This document shows positions 34,153-44,746 of a stretch of DNA of 64,000 nt, piece by piece. Positions within the stretch are counted from its first letter, which is position 1, and every line of letters begins with the position of its first letter. Position numbers and translations under genes: made by a program. Origin of the DNA: Spirochaetota bacterium. GTDB taxonomy: Bacteria > Spirochaetota > UBA4802 > UBA5550. The stretch lies in the NCBI GenBank assembly GCA_022709405.1, contig JAKLIV010000004.1, forward strand, positions 6,652-70,651. The letters are read 5' to 3'. A model generated the notes under the pieces. It was not told the origin of the DNA and ran no database searches. It was given only the letters and a program-made list of their open reading frames with translations.

Positions 34153-37100
34153 TCACCACGAATATTCGCTGTATGCGCTATACGTGTGCTTAACGTTCTG
34201 TCTGTTCGTCGCGTCATTGGGCCAGAACCTGTTCACAACATATGATTCGGTATCAACCTTTATATCGCCGTTGTCGACGACATAGTGAATGTAGATCATA
34301 CCCATGAGAACTCCTTCGGCGTTGTAGCAGTTATAGATCCCTCTCTGTGTTCCGTCTTTTGCTAAAACATCGGTGATCCTTCCATTGGCATCGCCGCCAA
34401 CACTCATACCGCCTTCATTGCCCGGCGTATGCCAGTCTGCCGACCAAGACTGATCGTTCTGGGTGCCTGAATACGTGGTGTTGCCGTCGTTGTATGCGTT
34501 ATCGTCGCCGTCGTTCAAGTTCATCCAGTTCCAGGCTCCTGTCGCGGTTCCACAATACTGGCTGGCAGTATCGCTGGTACCCCAGTTGGCATTCAGCCAT
34601 GTTACTGCGTCATCCGCGAGCGTGTTGTTGCAATTGATCGTTCCCCACAGCGCGATATACCAACGCATATTAGCTGAAGAGTTCGTATTGCTGTCGATGT
34701 CTATATCCAGTCCGGTAGTTCTCTCTCCCGAAGGCACAATGGCGAACCACTTGTAGGTCTTTGACATCGTCATCACCCTCGCGTAGAGTCCGTAATACCA
34801 TTCCTCCTCGGTCATGAACTTGACCGTGATGGTATATGTGACCGAGTTGCCGCCGGCATTCGATGCATAGATCGTCAGCGCATTGTCCTGCTTGGGCGTG
34901 AACGTGAGCGTGTTGGTGGCGTTCGTGTACGTCGTGCCGTTGATGTTATAGGACGTCGGACCGTTGTTCGCCGCTATCACCACGGTCAACTGAGTGTTGC
35001 AGGCCAGGTAGGTGTACTGGCTGGTATCTGACGCATTGAACGTCGTCGAATACGTTCCGCTGTCCTTTCTCCATGCGGTCCACAGTTCCATCTGGGTGTT
35101 CGACGTGCTGTTGCCGCGGTACAGCCTGATGGAAGTGATAAGCGGCGGAGCCGGGTTCACCGTGAGCGATACCGAGTTGCTGTTCAGACCGCTGTACGAT
35201 GCCCTTATGTTCGTCGTGCCTCCGCTTCCCGATACACCGGTTGCTAGGCCGGTATTCGCTCCGATCGTGGCCGCAGACGTATTGGAAGAAGTCCATGTCG
35301 ATGTCGTGGTCACGTTCCCGGTGCTGCCGTTTTGATACGTTACAGTCGCCGTAAACTGAAGAGTGGCGCCGCCGTTTATCGCGGACGGGCTTGTCGGGGT
35401 GATGGCAAGCGAAACCGGATCGTTCGTGACTGTTAGCAATGAAGTGTCGCTCGTCAGGCTGCTATAGTTAGCAGTAATATTCGACGTTCCTATTGCTGAA
35501 CACGATGCGAGACCGCCCGAAGAACCATCGGTGATCGTTGCAACAGTGGTGTTCGACGATGACCAGTCTGCCGCGGTTGTCACGGTAGCCGTATCCCCGC
35601 TTGCATAACTGACGACTGCAGCATACTGCTGGGTCGTTCCGAGCACCTTGGTCGCTGAATTCGGGGAAATATCGAGTGAAACCGGCGGGTCTATGACCGT
35701 AAGCACCGCGGTGTTGCTCGAAATCCCGCTGTAAGCTGCGGTGATATTGGTCGTACCTCCGCTCACGTCGTTCACGCCAGTCGCAAGACCGCCTGACGCA
35801 CCATCGGTGATCGTCGCAACCCCTGTATTCGATGATGACCAGTCAACATTTGATGTCAGGTTCGCCGTATCGCTGCTTGCATATGTTCCGGTCGCCGTAA
35901 ACTGAAGCGTTTTCGGGGTAACGCTCAGATCGATGCTTCCCGTGGTCGGGGTTACCGCGATGCTTCTCAGGGGGTCATTGACCGTGAGAGTCGATGAATC
36001 GCTTGTTACTCCGCTGAGGCTTGCAGTGATCGTCGTAGTGCCGTTGTTGACTCCGTCGGCGAGTCCGCCTGATGCGCCGTCGCTGATCGTGGCGACGCCG
36101 GTGTTCGACGATGACCAGTCGACCGTCGTCGTGATCGTCGCAGTCGACGCATCCGCGTAAGTTCCTGTCGCGCTGTACTGCTGAGTCCCGTCCGCGTCTA
36201 TTGTCGCCGAATTCGGGGAAATATCGATGCTCCTGAGCGGATTCGTCACCGTGAGCGATGCCGAATTGCTGGTCAGGCCTGCGAATGTTGCGGTAATGGT
36301 CGTTGAGCCGGCCCCGCCGCCATCTGCAAGCCCGCTTGTATTGATTGTCGCAGCACTGGTATTCGACGAATGCCATTCTACTGAATCCGTCATGTCTGCA
36401 GTGCTCGAATCGTCATAAGTGACAAGCGCCGTATACTGCTGTGTTTCATCGGCAGCTATTGATGTGTTAGTCGGAGTTATTGCAACCGACTCCGGTTCCG
36501 CCGCTTCGTGATCAACGGTGAGCACCGCTGTATCGCTGTTTATCCCGCTCAGCGAAGCGCTGATATTCGTCGATCCTTCCAGAGAGTATGCGGTTGCGAG
36601 CCCGCCTGATGCTCCATCGATGATCGTCGCAATACCGGTATTCGACGATGTCCAGTCGACCGATGACGTCAGGTTGGCAATATCCCCGCTGGAATAGGTT
36701 CCGTTTGCGGTAAACTGCTGCGTCTCTCCATAATCAAGTGTCGCCGAGTTCGGGCTGATGTCTATGCTTCTCAGGGGGTCGTTGACCGTAAGAGCGGCGG
36801 TATCGCTTATTATCCCGCTGAAAGATGCCGTAATGTTCGTTGTTCCGTCATTAACAGCATCGGCCAGTCCGCTCGTGTTTATCGTCGCCACGGTTCCCGC
36901 CGAGGAGCTCCATGTTACGGATCCGGTAAGATCAGCCGTATCGCCGCTGGCATACACTCCCTGCGCCGCATACTGCCGGGTTTCATCCGCATTAATCGTT
37001 GCGCTGTCTGGCGAAATATCAATCGATCGCAAAGGATCGTTTACTGTAAGACTCGACGAATTGCTGTTTATCCCGCTGTATGTCGCCGTAATCGTTGTCG

Positions 37101-38757
37101 AGCCGTTATTTACCCCTTCAGCGAGTCCATCCGGGTCTATGGTCGCCACGGTCGGCTGAGATGATGTCCAGGTTACCGACGATGTCATGTCCATGTCGCT
37201 GCCGTCGTTGAAATGGACCGTGGCGCTGTATTGCCGCGAACCGTCTGCGTCTATCGTGGCGCTTGCAGGCGATATTGTCACGCTTTCGGGCTGTTCTGTC
37301 GCTCCGACAATTACCGACGCTTCGTTACTCGTCACTCCGTCAAGTGCAGCGGTTATGTACGCTGAGCCTTCATCCTCCGCGGTCGCAAGCCCGTTGCCGT
37401 CGATTGTTGCAATGGAATCGTTCGAAGAATCCCATACAACCGACGAAGTGATCGTCGCCGAATCGCCGCTGGCATACGTTCCCTGTGCGGAGAACTGCCC
37501 GGTTGTCGGTCCTGAATATATATCGAGATTAATCGTTGATGGCGCAACAACGATTGAGACCAGCGGATCATCCACCGATAGAGATATATCGTTGCTGGTT
37601 ACACCGTTATATGATGCCGTAATACTGCTCGTTCCGTTATTGACCCCTGTTGCAAGGCCGCTCGGGTCAATCGTCGCGACTCCTGTGTTTGATGAGTGCC
37701 ATGCGACTGCCCCTGTCATTACAGAACTACCGCCACCGATGAAATAGACCGTTGCCGTGAATTGGGTCGTATCACCGGCATCTATTTCATCATCTTCGGA
37801 GGAGATCGCTACGCTTTCAACGTTCGGTTCAACCACCGTGACTTCAGGAGAATTGTCGCTCGTAATGGTCGCTCCATCAATATCGACATCCGCATATATA
37901 TCGCATGTCCCTTCGATTGAAGGATTTGCTTCAGCGAGGCCTGATGAATCAATTTCGACAAGATCCTCATCGGTACTATACCAGTTGACGACCGCTGTTG
38001 CGTTACCGGTATCGCCGCTCGCATAGGTGGCGGTCGCAGTGAATTGCTGTGTTCCGCCGAATTGAATCGTCGCGCTTGCCGGCGATATGGCTAAAGATCT
38101 GATCGGGTCTTCAACGGTAAGGGTCGCTTCAGCGTTTATCCCCTGCATCGATGCCCTGATTGTCGTACTGCCGTCGTTAACACCGTCAGCCAGTCCGTCT
38201 TCATTGATCGTCGCCACTGCCGGGGCGCTTGAATACCAGGTTACCTGATCGGTAATGTCGACGCCGTTATTTCCGTCTGCAAAATCCCCGCGTGCGATGA
38301 ATTGGATTTCATCGTCAGCGTCAATGGTCCCTGTTTCCGGTTCAATAACGAGATCTACAAGAACATTTGAAGGGTCGAGAACATCAATAGACGCTGTTCC
38401 GGTGAAGGATTTATATTTAGCTTGTATAGTGACAGATCCTTCGGTCGCAGGGCTTGCGGTTACCAGACCGTCTGTGTCAACTGTTGCTACGTCTATATCT
38501 GAAGAATCCCATGCAACCTCGTCGCTGACATCGGTCGATGTGCTGTTGCTCCACTGTGCTGTCGCAGAAAGCTGTACGGTCTCATCGAAAGACAGTACTG
38601 CCGATACCGGTGTCACTGAAACACCTGTCAGGGTTGGATTATTGGGATTGTCTGAAAAATCAACCCCATCTCCGGTTGTTCCAGAGCATCCCTGGAATAG
38701 AAGGAATGCAGCATTACACAGAAACAAAATGATCATCATGGAAATTCTTCTTTTCAT
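34153..38757 (-). CDS. Giant surface lipoprotein with 13 Big_2 (bacterial Ig-like) repeats and a 328-aa non-repeat C-terminal domain
   Basis: MKRRISMMIILFLCNAAFLLFQGC has a lipobox. There are 13 repeat units of type …V.W.SSNT.VATI…GLA.GVN.GTT.ITAS..G..S….LTV.DP. GAGGAG lies before ATG 38757. Confidence 0.85.
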   Translation of the reverse strand: MKRRISMMIILFLCNAAFLLFQGCSGTTGDGVDFSDNPNNPTLTGVSVTPVSAVLSFDETVQLSATAQWSNSTSTDVSDEVAWDSSDIDVATVDTDGLVTASPATEGSVTIQAKYKSFTGTASIDVLDPSNVLVDLVIEPETGTIDADDEIQFIARGDFADGNNGVDITDQVTWYSSAPAVATINEDGLADGVNDGSTTIRASMQGINAEATLTVEDPIRSLAISPASATIQFGGTQQFTATATYASGDTGNATAVVNWYSTDEDLVEIDSSGLAEANPSIEGTCDIYADVDIDGATITSDNSPEVTVVEPNVESVAISSEDDEIDAGDTTQFTATVYFIGGGSSVMTGAVAWHSSNTGVATIDPSGLATGVNNGTSSITASYNGVTSNDISLSVDDPLVSIVVAPSTINLDIYSGPTTGQFSAQGTYASGDSATITSSVVWDSSNDSIATIDGNGLATAEDEGSAYITAALDGVTSNEASVIVGATEQPESVTISPASATIDADGSRQYSATVHFNDGSDMDMTSSVTWTSSQPTVATIDPDGLAEGVNNGSTTITATYSGINSNSSSLTVNDPLRSIDISPDSATINADETRQYAAQGVYASGDTADLTGSVTWSSSAGTVATINTSGLADAVNDGTTNITASFSGIISDTAALTVNDPLRSIDISPNSATLDYGETQQFTANGTYSSGDIANLTSSVDWTSSNTGIATIIDGASGGLATAYSLEGSTNISASLSGINSDTAVLTVDHEAAEPESVAITPTNTSIAADETQQYTALVTYDDSSTADMTDSVEWHSSNTSAATINTSGLADGGGAGSTTITATFAGLTSNSASLTVTNPLRSIDISPNSATIDADGTQQYSATGTYADASTATITTTVDWSSSNTGVATISDGASGGLADGVNNGTTTITASLSGVTSDSSTLTVNDPLRSIAVTPTTGSIDLSVTPKTLQFTATGTYASSDTANLTSNVDWSSSNTGVATITDGASGGLATGVNDVSGGTTNITAAYSGISSNTAVLTVIDPPVSLDISPNSATKVLGTTQQYAAVVSYASGDTATVTTAADWSSSNTTVATITDGSSGGLASCSAIGTSNITANYSSLTSDTSLLTVTNDPVSLAITPTSPSAINGGATLQFTATVTYQNGSTGNVTTTSTWTSSNTSAATIGANTGLATGVSGSGGTTNIRASYSGLNSNSVSLTVNPAPPLITSIRLYRGNSTSNTQMELWTAWRKDSGTYSTTFNASDTSQYTYLACNTQLTVVIAANNGPTSYNINGTTYTNATNTLTFTPKQDNALTIYASNAGGNSVTYTITVKFMTEEEWYYGLYARVMTMSKTYKWFAIVPSGERTTGLDIDIDSNTNSSANMRWYIALWGTINCNNTLADDAVTWLNANWGTSDTASQYCGTATGAWNWMNLNDGDDNAYNDGNTTYSGTQNDQSWSADWHTPGNEGGMSVGGDANGRITDVLAKDGTQRGIYNCYNAEGVLMGMIYIHYVVDNGDIKVDTESYVVNRFWPNDATNRQNVKHTYSAYSEYSW
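35140..38630 (-). repeat. Coding tandem repeat array (13 x ~85-95 codons, Big_2 units)
   Basis: I counted the units in the translation. Some unit junctions are identical at DNA level, e.g. the 17-mer atgcttctcagggggtc at 35960-35976 and 36764-36780. Confidence 0.8.
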
Positions 38758-39036
38758 AACACTCCTCGCACCCTCATTATAAATGGAAAAAATGAAGCCA
38801 TTACCGCTCAGCCTTTCAGACAAAAAATCCTCACATGAGCGCATGGATACACTCAAGCAGTCATGCTACTTGAATTAATTAATCCATGATCCATATGACT
38901 GAATTAAAATCCAACTGGACGGTCTGATTTTGAATTATATTACTGTTGCAGAGAATCCAAATCTACTGTAATCATGATTTTAGAATTCCAATATCATGAT
39001 TAACGTTTGAAAAAGGAGGGGCATGAATCAATAGAA

Positions 39037-40161
39037 CTAATTATTGAATTTCATGTTCTTTCTGAAAGCGACCGGCGACATGTTGTGCATTTTTGAAAAA
39101 GAATTGTAAAATGAAGAAATCGTGTTGAATCCGACGGCATAGGAGATACTCGTAACAGAACGCAGCGGATCTGCAATAAGCATTTTTTCCGCTTCCCGTA
39201 TTCTGAATTCATTGATATATGTATTGAAATTTTTACTGAGACGCTCGTTAAGTATCTGAGAAAGCTGATAGTGCGAAATCTCGAGTTTTCGAGCCAATCC
39301 GTTAAGACTGATGTCCTCGTCGCAATAAATTTTATCAACGTCCATCAGCTTGTTTAATTTTTCGAGTACATCATCAACATTGAGCCGGTCAATTCTGGAC
39401 GTTGCATACCGTATCCGCCTGCCTTCATCGCTGATCTGTTTGAAGTAGAACGGATATCTCGCCATAATCACCAGCACGAAGAATATTTGCGCCACCAGGA
39501 AAAGAGATATGATCTTTATTATTGAAATATAAAATACATCGGGAAAATTAAATAATTGGACCATGATCAGTCCTATCAGGTACAGAAAAACAAGAAAATA
39601 ATCAATGGCCAGATTGATGATCGTGACAACTGTCATTTTCCATATTGCCAGTTCTTTTTTTATTAAAAGCGGAAAGCTTCGAATTATGAAAGTTGAAGCA
39701 TATAGGCTTATTGTTACGATGAATATTAATATAATGAACGGATAGAACGGATATTTTAATGATTTATCGTATGGATTATTGATCAACGCGAGTTTTTCAT
39801 CGGCTGTTTGGAAATAGAAGGGAAGAAGAATGACGGTTAAAAGAATGAATGGAAGCATATGGAATACGGATTTTTTAGTTAACCTTATGCTGTCCCCGGC
39901 CAGTATTTTGAAGAAAAAATACAACAGGGGGGCGGTCAGGTAAAGAAACGGCACATGGGTGAGTGTGAGATGCGGATATTTATTCAGCAAGCCTATGGCC
40001 ATGCACCCGTGATATAACTGCCATATGCCTACAGTGACAAGCAATCCAATAACGATATAGTGTCCCGTCATCTTCTTGCGTTCAAAAAGCTGCACGGATG
40101 CTATAAAAATATACAATACGCCGCTGAAAAAAATAATATATTCATATAGTCCCATTATCAT
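39037..40161 (-). CDS. AraC-family transcriptional regulator with an N-terminal multi-pass membrane domain
   Basis: The C-terminal …LNGLARKLEISHYQLSQILN…SISYAVGFNTISSFYNSFSK… is an HTH_18 domain. About seven hydrophobic helices lie at the N-terminus. AGGGAG lies before ATG 40161. Confidence 0.75.
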   Translation of the reverse strand: MIMGLYEYIIFFSGVLYIFIASVQLFERKKMTGHYIVIGLLVTVGIWQLYHGCMAIGLLNKYPHLTLTHVPFLYLTAPLLYFFFKILAGDSIRLTKKSVFHMLPFILLTVILLPFYFQTADEKLALINNPYDKSLKYPFYPFIILIFIVTISLYASTFIIRSFPLLIKKELAIWKMTVVTIINLAIDYFLVFLYLIGLIMVQLFNFPDVFYISIIKIISLFLVAQIFFVLVIMARYPFYFKQISDEGRRIRYATSRIDRLNVDDVLEKLNKLMDVDKIYCDEDISLNGLARKLEISHYQLSQILNERLSKNFNTYINEFRIREAEKMLIADPLRSVTSISYAVGFNTISSFYNSFSKMHNMSPVAFRKNMKFNN

Positions 40162-40385
40162 GAAATGATGCTCCCTGAATTCAAGGTTCCTGCGTTCACC
40201 CCATAATTCCGTTTCCGCATAGTTACGTAAGTAGAACTTCCTCTCGATAAACAATTGATTCTTTTTTGTTCACGAATGGCAAAAAAATAATAAGCTTTTA
40301 TAAATACTATTGACATCAGTTTATTTTTATCAAAATCCGGACATAATCGTCTTCCGAATTCATGATTTTTGAATATTATAATCAT

Positions 40386-41084
40386 CTACCAGGTATAAAC
40401 CTTCATACGGTCCCCTATTCCGGGCCATCCCGGCATCTTGAAATCCATCTCTATCCTGAGATTCGAGAGCTCTATATGAAAGTCTTCATCGCCTGATGAC
40501 CGGGGATCGCCTATGTAAATGAGCCTGTGTCCGCCTGAATTTCTATATATACGGAGCGCGATTGCGGCCATCGGTGAATGGATTTCAGGCCATGCCATGA
40601 ACAGGGTCCAGGAGCCGTATCCGGCGAGCGTTCGTTCATCCCCCTCAATAATCGAGACCCATGAATCCTCGAACCAGCGATTACTCTCGTTCCACAGCAA
40701 TGGATCGTTCTCTCCCGGTGGCCGAGAATCGATTGCGTGTACCACGACGCCCATCTGGGTGAGACACCATGCCCAGTAACCGCTTCCGGCGCCGATCTCG
40801 ACGATCGGGGCAGAATCGGCGATAATTTTAAGCGCGGGATATACCGGGATGGAAAAGGCGTATTCAGATATCAGTTCGTTTCTGTATTTTAAAAGTTCGA
40901 GTCCCGGTTCAGCGCCTGATTGCTTTATCGTATCGACTATCTCCAGCACACGGTCGAGATACGGATTTTTCAGGATTCGGTCCCCGTCACAGGGAACATA
41001 TCGGGTTATATCAACATATCCATCCATAGGCGGTTCACCATGTCCAAGCATACCGGAATTCCCGATACAGTCAATGAAATTCAT
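40386..41084 (-). CDS. Class I SAM-dependent methyltransferase-like protein
   Basis: Motif I is …IVEIGAGSGYWAWCL…. Confidence 0.5.
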   Translation of the reverse strand: MNFIDCIGNSGMLGHGEPPMDGYVDITRYVPCDGDRILKNPYLDRVLEIVDTIKQSGAEPGLELLKYRNELISEYAFSIPVYPALKIIADSAPIVEIGAGSGYWAWCLTQMGVVVHAIDSRPPGENDPLLWNESNRWFEDSWVSIIEGDERTLAGYGSWTLFMAWPEIHSPMAAIALRIYRNSGGHRLIYIGDPRSSGDEDFHIELSNLRIEMDFKMPGWPGIGDRMKVYTW

Positions 41085-41188
41085 CAGGAAAACACCAGTA
41101 GTATGACAACATATGAATAATCTTTGACAAATTTTCTATATGGATTTATACGGAAAAGCGAGAACGTATTTGCCGTTACGGCTGTCCA

Positions 41189-41785
41189 ATGAACGATAGA
41201 CCGAATCAACCAGACACCCGGGAGGATGAGCGCGAACTGATAGAATCCTTCCGTAAAGGGAATATCAGGGCTTTCGACCGGCTTGTCGGCGCGCATCGTG
41301 ATCGCGTTTTCGGCCTGTGCCTGAGGATTCTGGGGGATTACGACGACGCGGATGAATGCGCACAGGAGACGTTTGTCAAGATGTATAACGGAATCGATTC
41401 TTTCAGGATGGAATCCTCGCTGTCGACATGGCTGTATCGAATCGCGGTGAACACGTGCAAAAACAGGATCGCGTCCCGAAAAGCGAGGAACAGGCACCTC
41501 GACAGCGGCGCTGATCCTGAGCCGGCTCCGGGGAATCCCGGATTGGGAGACCTGTCTTTCGAGCCGGCATGCCTTTTCGAACGCAGCGAGCGACAGCGAC
41601 GCATAACACAGGCGATCGCGCTTCTTCCCGAAAAAGAACGTATCGCGGTAGTGCTCAAGGATATCGAGGGGAAAACTTACGAAGAAATAGAAGAGATAAC
41701 TGGAATCAAGGAAGGAACAGTTAAGTCTTCACTTTCACGTGCGCGCAAGTTTCTGAGAAACGAATTGAAGGACGTGTTCCCATGA
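41189..41785 (+). CDS. ECF (RpoE-like) sigma-70 family factor
   Basis: Region 2 is …FDRLVGAHRDRVFGLCLRILGDYDDADECAQETFVKMY…. The region 4 HTH is …YEEIEEITGIKEGTVKSSLSRARKFL…. Confidence 0.9.
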   Translation: MNDRPNQPDTREDERELIESFRKGNIRAFDRLVGAHRDRVFGLCLRILGDYDDADECAQETFVKMYNGIDSFRMESSLSTWLYRIAVNTCKNRIASRKARNRHLDSGADPEPAPGNPGLGDLSFEPACLFERSERQRRITQAIALLPEKERIAVVLKDIEGKTYEEIEEITGIKEGTVKSSLSRARKFLRNELKDVFP

Positions 41786-42822
41786 AATGCCCAACCGTCC
41801 GGAACATCATCCCCGAGTACGCATCAGGCGACCTCGCCCCGTCGAAGGCCGCCCAGGTCGAGAAGCATCTAAAAGAATGCGCCTCCTGCACCAGTGAACT
41901 TTCTTTTTACCGTGCGTATCTCGGCGAAGCATCCGATATGAGGGCCATGCCCGCCCCTGATGATTTCACCAGGAAGCTTCATGAAAAAATCGGGATTGAA
42001 CCATTATGGCAAAGATTCTTTTCAGCCCTGTTTTTACCATTAAAACTGAAACTGCCGCTGGAGGCCGCCGGGGTGATGGCGCTTGCCATGATAGTGTTCT
42101 TCCTCTGGAGGCCTTTTGAGCCGCCGGCGCTTGATGTCGTTTCTGAGTCCGGTATTGAACTGTCAGATAAAACCTTTGTACAGGCCCCTGCCCCGGAAGA
42201 GAAAAAAGCTTTCAGGCAAAAGGCTCCTCGAAGAGCGGCCCAGGCGACACCGCAAAAGAAAAAACTCAGGGCCGCAAAGTCATCCCCGGTCATCACACAC
42301 CGTGAATCTTTGGCGCCGGCGGAGAAAGAATCCTCCGATGATTCCGCACCGTCCGAAATAAACCTCGCTGCAGATGCCGTTTCTTCGGCGCCGGCCCCCA
42401 TAAAGGGAGGAATCGTGCAACGCGAAGTGTTCTGGATTTCCATGTCTAAGGACTCGCTCGCTTTCCAGAAAGACGAATCTGCCCCTGCCGTACGGCCTGA
42501 ATCGGACTCGATGAAAAAAAGCGATGCGCAGGGCGCAACTGCCGCAGGCGCGGATGTGTCTGATATGCGCAAGGAACGCGCCGGGAGGCAATGGGTGGTT
42601 GACGAAAGGATCGCATCTCAGGTGATAGAGGCCCACGGCATGATCGTAAGCAGGACCCGAAGCACGAGCAGCGCATCGTACACGGTCGAGATTCCATTTT
42701 CGGCCCGCGACGGATTCATCCGGGGTATAAAAAAACTGGGCGCTTTCAGCGAGAAGAATCCGGCGGAAGGCGGTGAATCGAATGCTTTCCCGGTCAGGAT
42801 AATCCTGATAATGAAGCGCTGA
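41782..42822 (+). CDS. Anti-sigma factor (zf-HC2) with one TM helix
   Basis: The N-terminal …HLKECASCTSEL… is the H-x3-C-x2-C motif. It overlaps the sigma gene by ATGA. The TM helix is …AAGVMALAMIVFFLW…. Confidence 0.75.
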   Translation: MKCPTVRNIIPEYASGDLAPSKAAQVEKHLKECASCTSELSFYRAYLGEASDMRAMPAPDDFTRKLHEKIGIEPLWQRFFSALFLPLKLKLPLEAAGVMALAMIVFFLWRPFEPPALDVVSESGIELSDKTFVQAPAPEEKKAFRQKAPRRAAQATPQKKKLRAAKSSPVITHRESLAPAEKESSDDSAPSEINLAADAVSSAPAPIKGGIVQREVFWISMSKDSLAFQKDESAPAVRPESDSMKKSDAQGATAAGADVSDMRKERAGRQWVVDERIASQVIEAHGMIVSRTRSTSSASYTVEIPFSARDGFIRGIKKLGAFSEKNPAEGGESNAFPVRIILIMKR

Positions 42823-42823
42823 A

Positions 42824-43447
42824 TCAGCGGTTGTCCTTGGCTTCATCCTCCTCGAACAGGAGCTCGTACCCTTCCCTTCCCAGAAACCCGACAATGATTA
42901 ATCCCACGATCGGATCAGCTATCCAGAGGCCGAACAGGTAGTTCATCAGCAGCCCGAGAAGCAGAGCGAAAGACAGGAATGCGCACACAAGCGTCTCCTT
43001 TGCGTCGGCTTCGAGAGACTTCATTCCCATTCTGATTCCGAGCTGGTGCTTTTTGTAAGCGAGAATCGGCATTACTACAAGAGAAATGAGCGCGATCGCG
43101 ATCCCGGGAAGCGACGGAGATGCGCTTTCGGCGAAATATATTTTTTTTCCTGATTCGATTGCGATATAAATCGCGAGGATGATGAATGTCACTCCCACGA
43201 ATCGGACCGCTCTTCTTTCAATCGCTTCTTCGTCTTCGGATGAGCTCATGCCGTGTTTTCTGAGCCTCCATATCAGAACCATCCCGGACAATGATTCCAC
43301 TATGCTATCCATGCCGAAGCCTACGAGAGAGATGCTTCCTGAAAAACCGCCGGCTGCGATGGATACGGCTGCCTCGATGATGTTATATCCGACCGTAAAA
43401 TACTCGAGAACAAGTGCCTTCTTCTGGTTTTTCATACCGCCTCGCAT
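42824..43447 (-). CDS. Cation-efflux (CDF-type) membrane protein, short form
   Basis: …FTVGYNIIEAAVSIAAGGFSGSISLVGFGMDSIVESLSG… is typical of CDF TM1-2. There is no C-terminal cytoplasmic domain. Confidence 0.65.
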   Translation of the reverse strand: MRGGMKNQKKALVLEYFTVGYNIIEAAVSIAAGGFSGSISLVGFGMDSIVESLSGMVLIWRLRKHGMSSSEDEEAIERRAVRFVGVTFIILAIYIAIESGKKIYFAESASPSLPGIAIALISLVVMPILAYKKHQLGIRMGMKSLEADAKETLVCAFLSFALLLGLLMNYLFGLWIADPIVGLIIVGFLGREGYELLFEEDEAKDNR

Positions 43448-43572
43448 TAAAGATTATCTGACGACAACCGCGATAGCACATAGATATTGCAATTTTAATT
43501 GATATTCAAAAAAAAATCGAGAACGGAAAAATATTTTTTCCAGTCAATACTGCAAAAACAGGGAGAAAACAA

Positions 43573-44691
43573 ATGAAAGAAAAAATCGTATCACTGATAA
43601 TCGCTCTTGCCGCCGTCTTTTTAGTCACTATCGGGACATCCGCCGCAGAGACCGGAGACAGGATACAGCTCGCCATCCTGCTCGATACGAGCAACAGTAT
43701 GGACGGCCTCATCGATCAGGCGAAGTCCCAGATATGGAAAATAGTAAACGAGACTGCGCTGGCGAAAAAAAACGGGAAAGTCCCCGCACTTGAAGTCGCA
43801 TTATACGAATACGGCAAAGACTCCATTTCGGCCGGGGAAGGCCATCTGCGGATGATCACCCCTCTTACCACTGATCTCGACCGGGTTTCAGAAGGGCTTT
43901 TCGGCCTCACCACCAATGGCGGAAGCGAATACTGCGGGCGAGTGATACGCTCAGCGGTCAGGGGCCTTTCATGGAGCACCGGAAAAAACGACCTGAAGAT
44001 ACTGTATATCGCGGGCAATGAACCGTTCACCCAGGGCGATGTCGACTACAGGTCGGCCTGCAAGGAGGCGATCGGACGCGGCATCGTCGTCAATACCATA
44101 TTCTGCGGCGATTCGCGCGAGGGCGTCGATACCAGGTGGAAAGACGGAGCCAACCTCGCGGACGGCACATACATGGCCATAGACCAGAACATGGAGGTCG
44201 CCTACATCGCTGCACCGCAGGACGATGAGATATCCCGTCTCGGCCAGGAGCTCAATTCAACCTATATCGCATACGGTGCGGCGGGATTTGAAAAAAAATC
44301 GCGGTTTGAAGAACAGGACGCCAACGCAGCTGCGATGAGTCCCGAATCCTCCGTGCAGCGCTCTGTCGCGAAAGTATCTTCACAATATGACAGTTCAGGA
44401 TGGGACCTTGTCGACGCCGTCAAGAAAGACAAGATCGACGTTTCAAACGTCAAAGAAAATGAATTGCCTCCTGTAATGAGAAAAATGTCCCCGCTGCAAC
44501 GAAAAGAATACATCGCTGATACTATTAAAAAACGGGAAGCGATACAGAAGAAAATCCAGAAGCTCGATACGGAAAGAAGAAAATTCATCGAAGCAGAGCT
44601 TAAAAAAACTACAAATGACGGCACGCTCGATGCCGCGGTCATTAAAAGCCTGCACGATGCCGGTGCTAAAAAAGGCTACACGTTCAAATGA
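43573..44691 (+). CDS. Secreted vWA-domain protein
   Basis: It has a signal peptide and the MIDAS motif in …LAILLDTSNSMDG…. Confidence 0.8.
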   Translation: MKEKIVSLIIALAAVFLVTIGTSAAETGDRIQLAILLDTSNSMDGLIDQAKSQIWKIVNETALAKKNGKVPALEVALYEYGKDSISAGEGHLRMITPLTTDLDRVSEGLFGLTTNGGSEYCGRVIRSAVRGLSWSTGKNDLKILYIAGNEPFTQGDVDYRSACKEAIGRGIVVNTIFCGDSREGVDTRWKDGANLADGTYMAIDQNMEVAYIAAPQDDEISRLGQELNSTYIAYGAAGFEKKSRFEEQDANAAAMSPESSVQRSVAKVSSQYDSSGWDLVDAVKKDKIDVSNVKENELPPVMRKMSPLQRKEYIADTIKKREAIQKKIQKLDTERRKFIEAELKKTTNDGTLDAAVIKSLHDAGAKKGYTFK

Positions 44692-44746
44692 TTCCGAGAT
44701 TAAACTACAGGCCGCCCCAAGCGGGGCGGTCTGCAAGGAGAACACC

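Noticed and set aside
35140-38630. Periodic DNA repeats that could be mistaken for a CRISPR or satellite array
   Set aside because: The period is ~255-285 nt, the repeats are in-frame, and they translate to Big_2 domains. This is a coding repeat, not a CRISPR array.
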